A stretch of DNA of 64,000 nucleotides from Dehalococcoidia bacterium (lineage in GTDB: Bacteria > Chloroflexota > Dehalococcoidia > UBA6926): the NCBI GenBank assembly GCA_963666115.2, contig CAXXET010000007.1, positions 32,001 to 96,000 on the forward strand, written 5' to 3'. The notes beneath the pieces were generated by a model that saw only the letters and a list, made by a program, of their open reading frames with translations, did no database searches and was not told where the DNA came from. Each line of letters opens with the position of its first letter. Position 1 is the stretch's first letter. Both the position numbers and the translations under genes were made by a program. Below are positions 52,547 through 61,812 of this stretch, piece by piece.

Positions 52547-52623
52547 GCGCCCGTAGCTCAGCGGAACAGAGCATCGGTCTTCGGAACCGAGGGTCGCGGG
52601 TTCGAATCCTGCCGGGCGCGCCA
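52547..52623 (+). tRNA. tRNA-Arg(UCG)
   Basis: GCGCCCG/CGGGCGC acceptor stem, TCGGT-CTTCGGA-ACCGA anticodon arm, GGTTCGAATCC, encoded CCA. Confidence 0.95.
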
Positions 52624-52686
52624 GTATCCTGCCCTCACAGATACACCGGCGATCAGGCCACCGAGCGGATGGGGAGGAAAGGTCAA

Positions 52687-53034
52687 ATGGTAGAGTCGGC
52701 CCAGCAGGATGACGTGCAATCGGAGGCGTACATTCTGCTGACCGGAGTCGTTGAGCGCGAGGACGATCAATACGTTTCACTCTGCCCGGAACTTGGCGTA
52801 ACCAGTTGCGGCGACACCGTCGAAGACGCCTTTGCGATGCTTGCGGATGCCATAGCCCTCCATTTGGAAGGACTCGTCGAGATCGGCACCCTCGATGATG
52901 TCCTGCGAGAACAGAACATCAGGATCGAGCTGGAGCCCCCACCTTTTGAGTACCGCCCCAGGCTTCCCGTCCCCGAACAAGCAGGGGCGAATGGCCGCAT
53001 ATACCAGTTTTATCGGACACCGCTGCCAGCGTGA
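52687..53034 (+). CDS. HicB-family antitoxin
   Basis: VEREDDQYVSLCPELGVTSCGDTVEDAFAMLADAIALHLE. Confidence 0.88.
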   Translation: MVESAQQDDVQSEAYILLTGVVEREDDQYVSLCPELGVTSCGDTVEDAFAMLADAIALHLEGLVEIGTLDDVLREQNIRIELEPPPFEYRPRLPVPEQAGANGRIYQFYRTPLPA

Positions 53035-53209
53035 CGACGATGGCGTCAAGTCGGTGGGCGCACCTCTGCACCACCCATCGCGCGATGGCGAGTCCGGGCT
53101 ACACGTGGGTGCGCATCGGACGCCAAAAGGGATTCGAATAGCGACAGACATAGCCTAGTCGTGTCACAATGAAGGTGGCGACGCTAAGGGATAGTGCCGG
53201 GGTGAGAGA

Positions 53210-54985
53210 TTGAAGACGGAGACTATTGGCTTCAAGACGCTAGTCGATCATGCCGCATCGGGTAAGTTCAGGCTTCCTGAGTTTCAACGAGATTGGAAGT
53301 GGACGCGGGCGAAGGTCATGCGCCTTTACGATTCGGTCCGAAAGAACTACCCGATCGGGGCATTCCTGACGCTTGAGGCCTCGAACCGCCTCAATCTGTC
53401 TCCTCGCCTCTTCGAGGGCGTTGCTCAGGAAAAGGATTCAATAGGATCCTATGTGCTCGACGGCCAGCAGCGCATTACCGCTGGTCTAACGCTTTACAGA
53501 GGGCTTGGATCATCACACTATTTCTTGAATCTAGCCTATTTGTGGGAAAGGGCAGTCGAAGTAGCCCCTGATATTGCCGATCCAGACGTCCCCACTCCCG
53601 AGCATTCCAAGGAAGGCTTGCGCGCTCTGGCAGAGGACCTCGACGAGGACGACAAGTACCTCGTTGCGCGACGCCGCTACAACAATCCAATCGACCTTGT
53701 CGACTCGCATCTGCTATGGACTGCCGCACTCGCGGACAACGATCTGTTTGGGGACGCAAAGGAGCGGTATCTGAAGCAACACCCGAATCGTCGCAAGTTT
53801 TTGGAGAGATTCATTGACACATATTTCAAGATTGGGCCTCCGCCTACCGTTCCGCTGACAGAACTCGACGAGGGAATGCCGATCGAGGCGATAACTCGCG
53901 TGTTCGCCACGCTCAACACTTCTGGCCAGCGACTGACTCCTGTTGAGATTGTTGTTGCGGTTCTCTATTCGCATGGAATTCACCTCCGACAAGACATAGA
54001 TGAATTCAAGGAACTATCGGCTTACTATCGGCACATAGACGCCAATGGTGAATTACTCTTGCAAACGGTGGCGCTGCTGGAACGTGAGAATCCCAAGAGG
54101 TCTTTGTTGCCGAAGACGATAACGCAGATCAATTACAGAAAGCGAAAGAATGATGCGATTGACGCGCTAGACAGGGTCGGGGAATTTCTGACGAATCGCC
54201 TTGGGGCCGGACTAGACCACACGGGACAGTTGATTCCATATCCTGCAATTCTCCCTCCACTCGGCATTGCGCTCGCCAAAGTTGAATCCGTCTACAGTGG
54301 TCCCAGCCACGAGAAGGCAAGATGGCATGACCGGCTTGAGCGATGGTTTGTAGGTACGGTCATCAGCCAACGTTATACAGAGGCGCAGCCGACAACGCAG
54401 GCAAGAGATGAACGGGAACTGTCGGAGTGGATTGATTCGAACGGAGCGAACGAGCCTTCCTGGCTGAAGAACGTTCGCGTAGGCTCCTTGGACACGATCA
54501 AGCCCTCCAGCGCAATCGGTAAACTCATTTCGATGCTGATTAGTAGGAGGCAGCCTAAGGATCCCCTGAACAAGGAGCCTGTCGGGGGAACTGGCGCCGC
54601 CATTGTCTCAGCGCATGGTCACCACATCTTTCCCAAGGCTTTCGTGGCTGACTTCCTAGGCAATGGTGGAAGGGCACCTGATTCCGACTTGTCTCTGAAC
54701 GTGATGCCTATCACGGGCGATACGAACCGAAGATGGGCTAAGATGAACCCTTCTGATCAGGTGAAGGACGTTCGGGATAATTGGCCAAACGAGTTGACCG
54801 CCCTATTTGACACCTCATTCATTGATGCTGAGTGCTTGGAACTGATGCAACGACAAGATAAGACTCAGGGCGACTATCTTGAGTTCATCAGCAAGCGGGG
54901 CAAGGTGATACAGAACCACCTCGCATCTGAATGGGATTTCCTGCTCGACTCGGCCCAAATGGAAGATGACGAGGAGGCCGAGTAA
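53210..54985 (+). CDS. DUF262 plus HNH-like (GmrSD-type) protein
   Basis: LPEFQRDWKW, LDGQQR, VFATLNTSGQRLT, C-terminal HHIFPK...N; more AT-rich than backbone. Confidence 0.85.
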   Translation: MKTETIGFKTLVDHAASGKFRLPEFQRDWKWTRAKVMRLYDSVRKNYPIGAFLTLEASNRLNLSPRLFEGVAQEKDSIGSYVLDGQQRITAGLTLYRGLGSSHYFLNLAYLWERAVEVAPDIADPDVPTPEHSKEGLRALAEDLDEDDKYLVARRRYNNPIDLVDSHLLWTAALADNDLFGDAKERYLKQHPNRRKFLERFIDTYFKIGPPPTVPLTELDEGMPIEAITRVFATLNTSGQRLTPVEIVVAVLYSHGIHLRQDIDEFKELSAYYRHIDANGELLLQTVALLERENPKRSLLPKTITQINYRKRKNDAIDALDRVGEFLTNRLGAGLDHTGQLIPYPAILPPLGIALAKVESVYSGPSHEKARWHDRLERWFVGTVISQRYTEAQPTTQARDERELSEWIDSNGANEPSWLKNVRVGSLDTIKPSSAIGKLISMLISRRQPKDPLNKEPVGGTGAAIVSAHGHHIFPKAFVADFLGNGGRAPDSDLSLNVMPITGDTNRRWAKMNPSDQVKDVRDNWPNELTALFDTSFIDAECLELMQRQDKTQGDYLEFISKRGKVIQNHLASEWDFLLDSAQMEDDEEAE

Positions 54986-55107
54986 GCCACTCAGCCCAAT
55001 CCCCTACACTGGTCTGGACGCCTACGGAAGCGCCAGAATACAATCGCCGCGCCGGTCATGCCGGTGACGGAGCGGGTAATAAGCTAAGGCGGTTCGCTGG
55101 AGACAAC

Positions 55108-55656
55108 ATGGGAGTGGCACGGGCAAGCATAAGGACAAGGCTGAAGGAGATTCTCGCGACGCGGGATTACCGAGTGCCGTCCGACGGCCAGTTTGACGGG
55201 GCGGAGGCACCTCGGTCGTATCTGCTACACCTCCTGCGCGAACTGAAGGCGTCGCCGCAGGCGCTCCCTGATGCAGGCGCGTGGAAGGTGGTTTTTACGG
55301 ACGGAGCGAGTAAGCCAGTGCTGTTTGACATGGAGCCAGCCCCGGGGGACGTCATTCCGCATGAGGCCGCCTCGCAAGACGACCTGATCAATGAGTTCGC
55401 CCCGAAGGCCGCTTATCTGGTCCTCGTTCGCGGGTCATGGAATGGGCAGGCGCGGCTGGTATCCTATGATTCGGCAGAGTTCCTTTGGGAACCGAGAGTT
55501 ACGCAGCTAACCCAACTTATCGAGGATGGAACCATCGTCGTTGATGCTGGCGCGTCTTCCGGGGATGATGGCAGGACGCGAGACCACAGCACGAAGTTCT
55601 ACATAGGGCCGGATGACCTTCATTCGCTCTACTCCAAGAATGAGGTGGTGCAGTAG
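55108..55656 (+). CDS. Degenerate MvaI/BcnI-like restriction endonuclease homologue
   Basis: PDAGAW, LF..EP.P and C-terminal RDHSTKFYI..DL..LY resemble the family; recognition by eye. Confidence 0.45.
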   Translation: MGVARASIRTRLKEILATRDYRVPSDGQFDGAEAPRSYLLHLLRELKASPQALPDAGAWKVVFTDGASKPVLFDMEPAPGDVIPHEAASQDDLINEFAPKAAYLVLVRGSWNGQARLVSYDSAEFLWEPRVTQLTQLIEDGTIVVDAGASSGDDGRTRDHSTKFYIGPDDLHSLYSKNEVVQ

Positions 55657-55730
55657 GCAAATCCCCGCACCGTCAATACCACCGCCCCTCACACCGCCAC
55701 CCGCTCCAGGCGTGGAATACTCAGCGGGGC

Positions 55731-56423
55731 CTACGCGGCGCGGAGTCGGGATTCCCAGTCAAGCGCGGCCTCAACCTGTTTCATCGTTATGCCATAGTCG
55801 TCAGGCATGGATTCCTTTGAGTCGCCCCCTGCGACTGAGCCATAGACGGCGCTTGTCGGCACCCGTGTTCCCGCGATGCACGGAGAGCCAAACTGTATCT
55901 TGGGATTCAATCTGATCTCTTCCTGTGGCTGCCACCATTTCGCGTGCTCGGTTTCATCATCGAATACAAGGCCGTGAAGAGGGATAATGTACTCCCGCAA
56001 CATCTCAAACGCCGCCTGGCCATATCGGCTTGCTGCTATCAAGCGGTCGGCCCATTCGGAATATATGTCACCGGCGCCATGCCACAGAGTTGCCGTGGCG
56101 AACGACTTTAGCGCGCCCGTATAATCTCGCAGCCACTCCTCCCCTTCACGTATGGCGGGCCACGTCACGCCAGCCGCTCGCAGAGCAGCTATGACCCGCA
56201 TCGACACCAGGTCCTCAAAATCGATCAGCACATTTCCCGCCGGAGCGCCTCTCCAACCTGGATCGGCTACGCCGGTTCGAATCCAGCGGCGCACTTTGCC
56301 AGCGTCAATGTTGACGGATTCCGCCCGCGGCATCGTCACAGAGATAATTCCCGCCGCCTCCGGCGCGGTGTAGATACCCGCGAATGGTTCCAACTGCGGC
56401 CGCTCCTTTACCGCCGTTGCCAT
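55731..56423 (-). CDS. HTH-DUF433 antitoxin (VapB45-like)
   Basis: GIYTAPEAA, F.DL..RVI..LR, NPKIQFGSPCIAGTRVPT. Confidence 0.85.
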   Translation of the reverse strand: MATAVKERPQLEPFAGIYTAPEAAGIISVTMPRAESVNIDAGKVRRWIRTGVADPGWRGAPAGNVLIDFEDLVSMRVIAALRAAGVTWPAIREGEEWLRDYTGALKSFATATLWHGAGDIYSEWADRLIAASRYGQAAFEMLREYIIPLHGLVFDDETEHAKWWQPQEEIRLNPKIQFGSPCIAGTRVPTSAVYGSVAGGDSKESMPDDYGITMKQVEAALDWESRLRAA

Positions 56424-56569
56424 GGCTCCCTCCACGATCCAAACTCTCAATGCGAGACGTTATTAGCGTAACGCTTTTGCCGCAGGGTGTGTACGCTCCG
56501 CCAATCCACCCACCCCACCCCCAATCCCCTATACTGTCTGAACGGAACATCACAAGGGAGACTCTGAGC

Positions 56570-57445
56570 ATGGCTACCACGACAAGAACGACAACGACTG
56601 CGAACGGGGCGGCGGCGAACGGAATCATTGAAGCCCCCCGCACGCTCACCCCCCAGCAGGTGCAGCGGTTCAGCCGCCACATCATCATGCCGCAGGTCGG
56701 CAGCATCGGGCAGCGCAAGCTGATGGACGCGAGCGTGCTGCTCGTCGGCGCGGGCGGGCTTGGCTCCCCGCTCGCCATGTACCTGGCCGCCGCCGGCGTC
56801 GGCAAGATCGGCATCGTCGATTTCGATGACGTCGACATCACCAACCTGCACCGCCAGCTCCTGCACGGCCATGACGACATCGGCCGCCCCAAGGTCGATT
56901 CCGCCGAGGACACCATCCGCGAGATCAACCCGGACGCGGAGATCGTCAAGATCGCCAGGCACATCAACTCCGAGAACGCCATGGAGATCGCCGAAGAGTT
57001 CGACATCCTCATCGACGGCACGGACAACTTCCCCACGCGCTACCTCATCAATGACCTGGGCGTGCTGATGGACAAGCCCGTCGTCCACGGCTCCATCTTC
57101 ATGTTTGACGGCCAGGTGACCACGTTCCTGCCCGCGCAGGGCTGCTACCGCTGCCTGTACCCCGCGCCGCCGCCCCCCGGCATGGTACCCTCCTGCGCCG
57201 AAGCGGGCGTGCTGGGCGTCCTGCCCGGCATCATCGGCTCCCTCATGGCGACGGAGGCCATCAAGCTGATCCTGGACGTCGGCAAGCCGCTCGTGAACCG
57301 GCTGCTCATGGTCGACGCGCTCGATATGGACATGCGAACCGTCAAGATTCGCAAGGACCCCAACTGCCCCGCCTGCGGCGAGAACCCAACGGTCACGGAG
57401 CTCATCGACTACGAAGCCTTCTGCGGCATGCCCGCGTTCGAGTAG
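56570..57445 (+). CDS. moeB: MoeB/ThiF adenylyltransferase without rhodanese domain
   Basis: RFSRHII, GAGGLGSP, TNLHRQ, CYRC, SCAEAGVLG, CPAC. Confidence 0.92.
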   Translation: MATTTRTTTTANGAAANGIIEAPRTLTPQQVQRFSRHIIMPQVGSIGQRKLMDASVLLVGAGGLGSPLAMYLAAAGVGKIGIVDFDDVDITNLHRQLLHGHDDIGRPKVDSAEDTIREINPDAEIVKIARHINSENAMEIAEEFDILIDGTDNFPTRYLINDLGVLMDKPVVHGSIFMFDGQVTTFLPAQGCYRCLYPAPPPPGMVPSCAEAGVLGVLPGIIGSLMATEAIKLILDVGKPLVNRLLMVDALDMDMRTVKIRKDPNCPACGENPTVTELIDYEAFCGMPAFE

Positions 57446-57480
57446 GCGCCCCTTGTCATCCTGAACACGGAGAGAAGGAC

Positions 57481-58059
57481 ATGGCCACAACACAGCAGGA
57501 ACTGACTGTCATGGGCACCCGCCCCATCACGGCGGACGAGCTGCTGACGATGCACTCGGAAGGCAAGCGCGGAGAACTGATCCGGGGGGTGTTCTGTCCA
57601 ACTATGCCGACATTTGAGGAGCACGGAGCCATCGTTGCCAAACTCGTGATGCTGTTGGGAACGGTGGTATTGCCCAACAAGCTGGGCCGACTCATGGCGT
57701 CCGATTCCGGCGTGCAGCTTGAATGGGACCCCGATACCGTGCGTGAGCCCGACATCGCTTTCATCACGGAGGAGCGCCGCCCGCAGGGGACAGTCGTCCG
57801 CAGGTACACGGAAATCCCGCCCGACCTCGTCATCGAGGTCGCCTCATCGAGCGATTCAACCAACGCCGTAACAGACAAGGCGCGCATGTGGGTCGGCGCC
57901 GGCGTGCGCCTGGTATGGGTAATCTGGCCGGAAACGCGAATGATCGACGTGCATCGCCCCGGCGAACAGACCACCACCCTGCGTGAAACAGACACGCTAA
58001 CCGGCTCAGACGTCCTCCCCCAATTCACCTGCCTCGTGAAGGACATTTTTGAGGTGTAG
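57481..58059 (+). CDS. Uma2 family endonuclease
   Basis: ELIRG, H, VREPDIAF, PDLVIEVAS, GVRLVWVIWP. Confidence 0.92.
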   Translation: MATTQQELTVMGTRPITADELLTMHSEGKRGELIRGVFCPTMPTFEEHGAIVAKLVMLLGTVVLPNKLGRLMASDSGVQLEWDPDTVREPDIAFITEERRPQGTVVRRYTEIPPDLVIEVASSSDSTNAVTDKARMWVGAGVRLVWVIWPETRMIDVHRPGEQTTTLRETDTLTGSDVLPQFTCLVKDIFEV

Positions 58060-58098
58060 GGGGAGGAGAGCGACGGCAAGAGCCTTGCCCCTCCACCT

Positions 58099-58125
58099 CC
58101 GTCATTCCCGCGAAAGCGGGAATCT
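58099..58125. repeat. REP/dRS3-like palindrome
   Basis: CCGTCATTCCCGCGAAAGCGGGAATCT. Confidence 0.88.
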
Positions 58126-58247
58126 AGTGCACAGTTCGCCAGCCTCTTGATTGAATGGGCGCAAACACGCTATGATACGAACGTATGCACGATAATTCTA
58201 CAGTTCCAAGAGCGATGCGCGGCGGCGCTCAGGAGAAAAAGCTCATA

Positions 58248-60110
58248 ATGCCTACAGATGACTCATCGGACGCCCCGGCCCAGCTTGATGGGCTAATAGA
58301 CGAGTTCAATGCCCTCGATCTTGATGTCAGTGGAGCAGATACTTACCTTGCGGTATCAGATCTGCTGAGGAGGGAATCCAAGTCAGCCCACGAGCGCGGC
58401 GCGGCGCAACTAGGCCATGCCCTAGGGCTACTTCAAGCTATATGCGACCTCACACATAGCCCTGACAATAGTGCCCAACCCTTTGGCCAGATGGTAGTTC
58501 TGACTGTCGACGAAATCACTGTTCTTGAGGGTTTGCTTGACCATGTACGGGCACCGCTTGTAAAGGGGCGCCTTGCCGACGTCCTGTGGATTCAAAGCCA
58601 ACCGCGTAAGCACGAATTCGCGCTCGCTGCCATTGACGCCTATATTGAAGTGCCGATCACGAGCGATTCTTGGTTCGGACATCAAGGCGACAATTGGCAC
58701 CGGGCCGCGGTTCTGTGTCGCCTTCTGGGACAAGTTGCTGCAGACAGAGAATTACAGTTAGAGCGATCTCTGCTTGACGTCGTCGCGAATGCCAAGACTG
58801 AAGACAAGTATTTGGCTGCTGGCGTCGCCGATGTCTTGGACGCTCAAGGACTCGGTAAGAGTGAGGCGCAGAACATCGCCGCTCAACTGGAGGCATTGGC
58901 ACACCAGTTTGCCGGAGCAAGAGATTTCACTCGCTGCTTTGATTACTATCAGGAAGCGGCGAAATGGTTCGACCGGGCAGGCGAAAATCAAAAAGCCATT
59001 GAAATGACCATCGCGCAGGCAGAATCGTGCGTCATGGATGCCGAGGCCATTCTTGAGTCCGATGACTCTAGCCATATGAACGCAGCTATCTTCGTTGAGA
59101 ACGCGGTACAAATACTCCGGACGGTGCCCAGGGCAAGTAGGACGACATTGGACATTGACAAGAGGATACGTGAGCTTCGATTGCGTCTTGCTCAGTACAA
59201 TCAGGAGGCTGTGAATGAACTGAAGACGGTCAGTTTCGAATCGAATATCACGAAGCTTGTCAACAAGGCCCGAGACGCTGTAAAGGGGCGCTCTTTGCTA
59301 GGCGCTTTGGAGGCATTTGGCAGGCTCAGCCCGTTTCGAGTTCACGACCTGCAACGGCAAGCAAGCGAGATAATTGAAGAGTCTCCTCTACACGTGCTAC
59401 TCCCCCGCATCACCTATAGCGGTGACGGCAGGGTGAGCCATGTGTCTCCTGGGCTAACAATCGGCGATCCTGATAGCCGTGAACAGGCAGTAAAAGATCA
59501 GATGCTGCGTCTATATGGACAGGCATACGTCGCGGGTAGTGTGACGATTAGCATAAGGCCTGCCCTTGAGGTGCTGCATCTCGAACACAGGATTCGAGAG
59601 CAAGATTTTTTTACCTTGACCCGGAAATCTCCCATAGTTCCTATCGGGCGGGAGCGTTTGTTTGCAAAGGCTTTGTGGTCGGGATACTGCGGTGACTACG
59701 CAACAGCAGTCCACCTGCTTACTTCTCAGATGGAGCATCTTGTTCGTTCTCGCTTGAAGTCCGCTCGTGTAGTAACTACACTCCTTGACCCTACTGGGGT
59801 TGGAACAGAGAAGAGTCTTAATGCTCTGATGGATATGCAGGAAACCGAAGACCTGTTCGAGCCAGATTTGGCTTTCGAGATTCGAGCCATATTCTGTGAA
59901 TCGTTGGGCGGAAACCTGCGCAACGACGTCGCTCATGGACTTCTTGACGACCAGGAGAGCCAGGGTTACTGGTCTGTTTACGCATGGTGGCTAGTCTTGA
60001 AGCTGGTCTTCGGAAGCTACAGGGATGCCCTTATAGCAAGCCGGCAAGCAGCCGATTTAGAGGCTGAATCGGCTAACGCTGACGACGCACCCTCGTCAGA
60101 CGGAAAGTAG
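58248..60110 (+). CDS. DUF4209-like protein with C-terminal HEPN-type RxxxxH
   Basis: RLADVLW N-terminus; QMEHLVR...GGNLRNDVAHGL; more AT-rich. Confidence 0.75.
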   Translation: MPTDDSSDAPAQLDGLIDEFNALDLDVSGADTYLAVSDLLRRESKSAHERGAAQLGHALGLLQAICDLTHSPDNSAQPFGQMVVLTVDEITVLEGLLDHVRAPLVKGRLADVLWIQSQPRKHEFALAAIDAYIEVPITSDSWFGHQGDNWHRAAVLCRLLGQVAADRELQLERSLLDVVANAKTEDKYLAAGVADVLDAQGLGKSEAQNIAAQLEALAHQFAGARDFTRCFDYYQEAAKWFDRAGENQKAIEMTIAQAESCVMDAEAILESDDSSHMNAAIFVENAVQILRTVPRASRTTLDIDKRIRELRLRLAQYNQEAVNELKTVSFESNITKLVNKARDAVKGRSLLGALEAFGRLSPFRVHDLQRQASEIIEESPLHVLLPRITYSGDGRVSHVSPGLTIGDPDSREQAVKDQMLRLYGQAYVAGSVTISIRPALEVLHLEHRIREQDFFTLTRKSPIVPIGRERLFAKALWSGYCGDYATAVHLLTSQMEHLVRSRLKSARVVTTLLDPTGVGTEKSLNALMDMQETEDLFEPDLAFEIRAIFCESLGGNLRNDVAHGLLDDQESQGYWSVYAWWLVLKLVFGSYRDALIASRQAADLEAESANADDAPSSDGK

Positions 60111-60188
60111 GCTGTAGGCATCAACTACACTCCTAGTCGGCACCGTGTCCATCTCGACTGTATCGCAAGCCACCCTCGCTCTGCTAAA

Positions 60189-61478
60189 GTGTGGTACCGT
60201 CTTCATGATCAGGATTTCGATATGTGGCATGTAATCACAGAAGAGGATATCAAGTGCACAGAGTGCCCCCACACCATCCCACGTGGGGCGCTGTGCTTGT
60301 CACAGATGCCTCCCTTAATGCCAGATGACTTCAAGCGCAAGAAGTACGAGAATTTCTGCATCGACTGCACTGAATGCGATGCTGGCAAGCCTAGCTGCTA
60401 CGCTCGCCGGCTGAATCACTGGCACACCAGGGATGTGACCAGAGAGTCCCTCGCTTGTGCTCATTGTGGGCTGACGATACCACGATGGACATGGACAGCT
60501 TCTCAGAAAATCTACGCTTGGCCTCAACCCGAAATGGACTCTGACTCGGATCACGGTTCAGACCATTTCTACGGCGCAGCACCCGGAGTATCGACCGGGG
60601 CATCCCTTAGACCGCAACCTGCTGACTGGCATAATCTCAGCCCCGAGATGCAGCGACGATTCCAGAGAGGAGGGTTGGGTCGTGGCCTCGGCATTCGTTC
60701 TCGAAAGATGGCGCAGCGACTGTACGAGAAAGAGGTTCCTGCCCCTGTGCGAAACATGGGAGAGGCTGCCGTCAAGGATTTTCTGGACGGAAAGGATTTC
60801 AGCCACATTAGGTCAGTAGCCAATGATCCCTCAATGGCCAAGGCGCCGAGCAACGTAATCCTAGAAGATGCGGGGAAAAACAGAGCGCGAGGCAGTGCAA
60901 ATATGCCAAAGGCCGATCGTGCCGCCGCGAATCAAGCGAGACGTCCATCCGGGTTCAGAGCGGGAGGCAAGGCGGCGCTCAAGGGAGGTAGCAAGGCGGG
61001 AATCATTTCGGCAGCGCTAGAGGCTGTTGTATCGATTCCTGAGAATATCCTCCACTACAGGCGTGGCAGAAAATCTCGCCAACAAGCTGCCAAGGACGCG
61101 GGATTTGATACGGCCAAGGCGGGCGCCTTTGGGGTTGGGGTATGGGGGCTTTCAACAGGTGCACAAGCGATTGGAGTTGGGATACCACTCGGCCCTTTCG
61201 GGGTTCCACTTCAAATCGCTGGAGTCACTCTGATCGCTGGGACGGCCGCCTACCGCATTCACAAGGCATGGCAACACGACCTGCCATTGGACGAGTACAG
61301 GATATTCTTCTGCAAGGACACAGATTGCAAGGATCAGTTTGCCGAGAACCTCAGCAGAATCCCTGAGGAAAGCGCCGATCCGAAATTCCCGTGGCTCACG
61401 AAGGCAGTGACCATAGGTTTGGCTGCGGTCACTGTGCTAGCCATCAGCGGGCTCGTAGCTTGGAGCCTGCTGACATAG
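60189..61478 (+). CDS. Hypothetical Cys-rich / HNH-like / membrane protein
   Basis: Several CxxC motifs; DFSHIRS...SNVILED..KNRARG; Gly-rich hydrophobic segments and a terminal TM segment. Confidence 0.65.
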   Translation: MWYRLHDQDFDMWHVITEEDIKCTECPHTIPRGALCLSQMPPLMPDDFKRKKYENFCIDCTECDAGKPSCYARRLNHWHTRDVTRESLACAHCGLTIPRWTWTASQKIYAWPQPEMDSDSDHGSDHFYGAAPGVSTGASLRPQPADWHNLSPEMQRRFQRGGLGRGLGIRSRKMAQRLYEKEVPAPVRNMGEAAVKDFLDGKDFSHIRSVANDPSMAKAPSNVILEDAGKNRARGSANMPKADRAAANQARRPSGFRAGGKAALKGGSKAGIISAALEAVVSIPENILHYRRGRKSRQQAAKDAGFDTAKAGAFGVGVWGLSTGAQAIGVGIPLGPFGVPLQIAGVTLIAGTAAYRIHKAWQHDLPLDEYRIFFCKDTDCKDQFAENLSRIPEESADPKFPWLTKAVTIGLAAVTVLAISGLVAWSLLT

Positions 61479-61566
61479 GTGCTTAGTTTGTTGCCCTGGT
61501 TAGCGTAACTATCCCGTCACATTGCCCCCGCCTGCGCGGGGGATTCGGAAGCGTAAATCGGTAGCT

Positions 61567-61812
61567 CTAGCTGTCCCACGATGCCTTTTCTTCCGCCAAA
61601 TAGGCGTCCACCTCTTCGGCTGACTGGAACAGGCGGCGCTCAGGGCCGCTGTTGAGAATCTCCATGATTGAGCGGCCTGCGGGCTTCGACTCCGGCTCGG
61701 ATTCGTGCCGCACGACAATTTCGACCGTCTGGCCGACCGGCAGCTCCGCGTCCGCCACCTCGATCCTGCCGCCCGGCAGGACTTCCGCCTTTAGGTGTAC
61801 TTCTCGCAGCAT
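61567..61812 (-). CDS. Small antitoxin-like protein of the type usually preceding a PIN toxin
   Basis: VLPGGRIEV...LPVGQTVEIVV; FQSAEEVDAYLAEEKASWD. Confidence 0.7.
   Translation of the reverse strand: MLREVHLKAEVLPGGRIEVADAELPVGQTVEIVVRHESEPESKPAGRSIMEILNSGPERRLFQSAEEVDAYLAEEKASWDS

Noticed and set aside
57446-61566. Integron attC cassette array
   Set aside because: No consistent RYYYAAC...GTTRRRY ends found and no IntI gene
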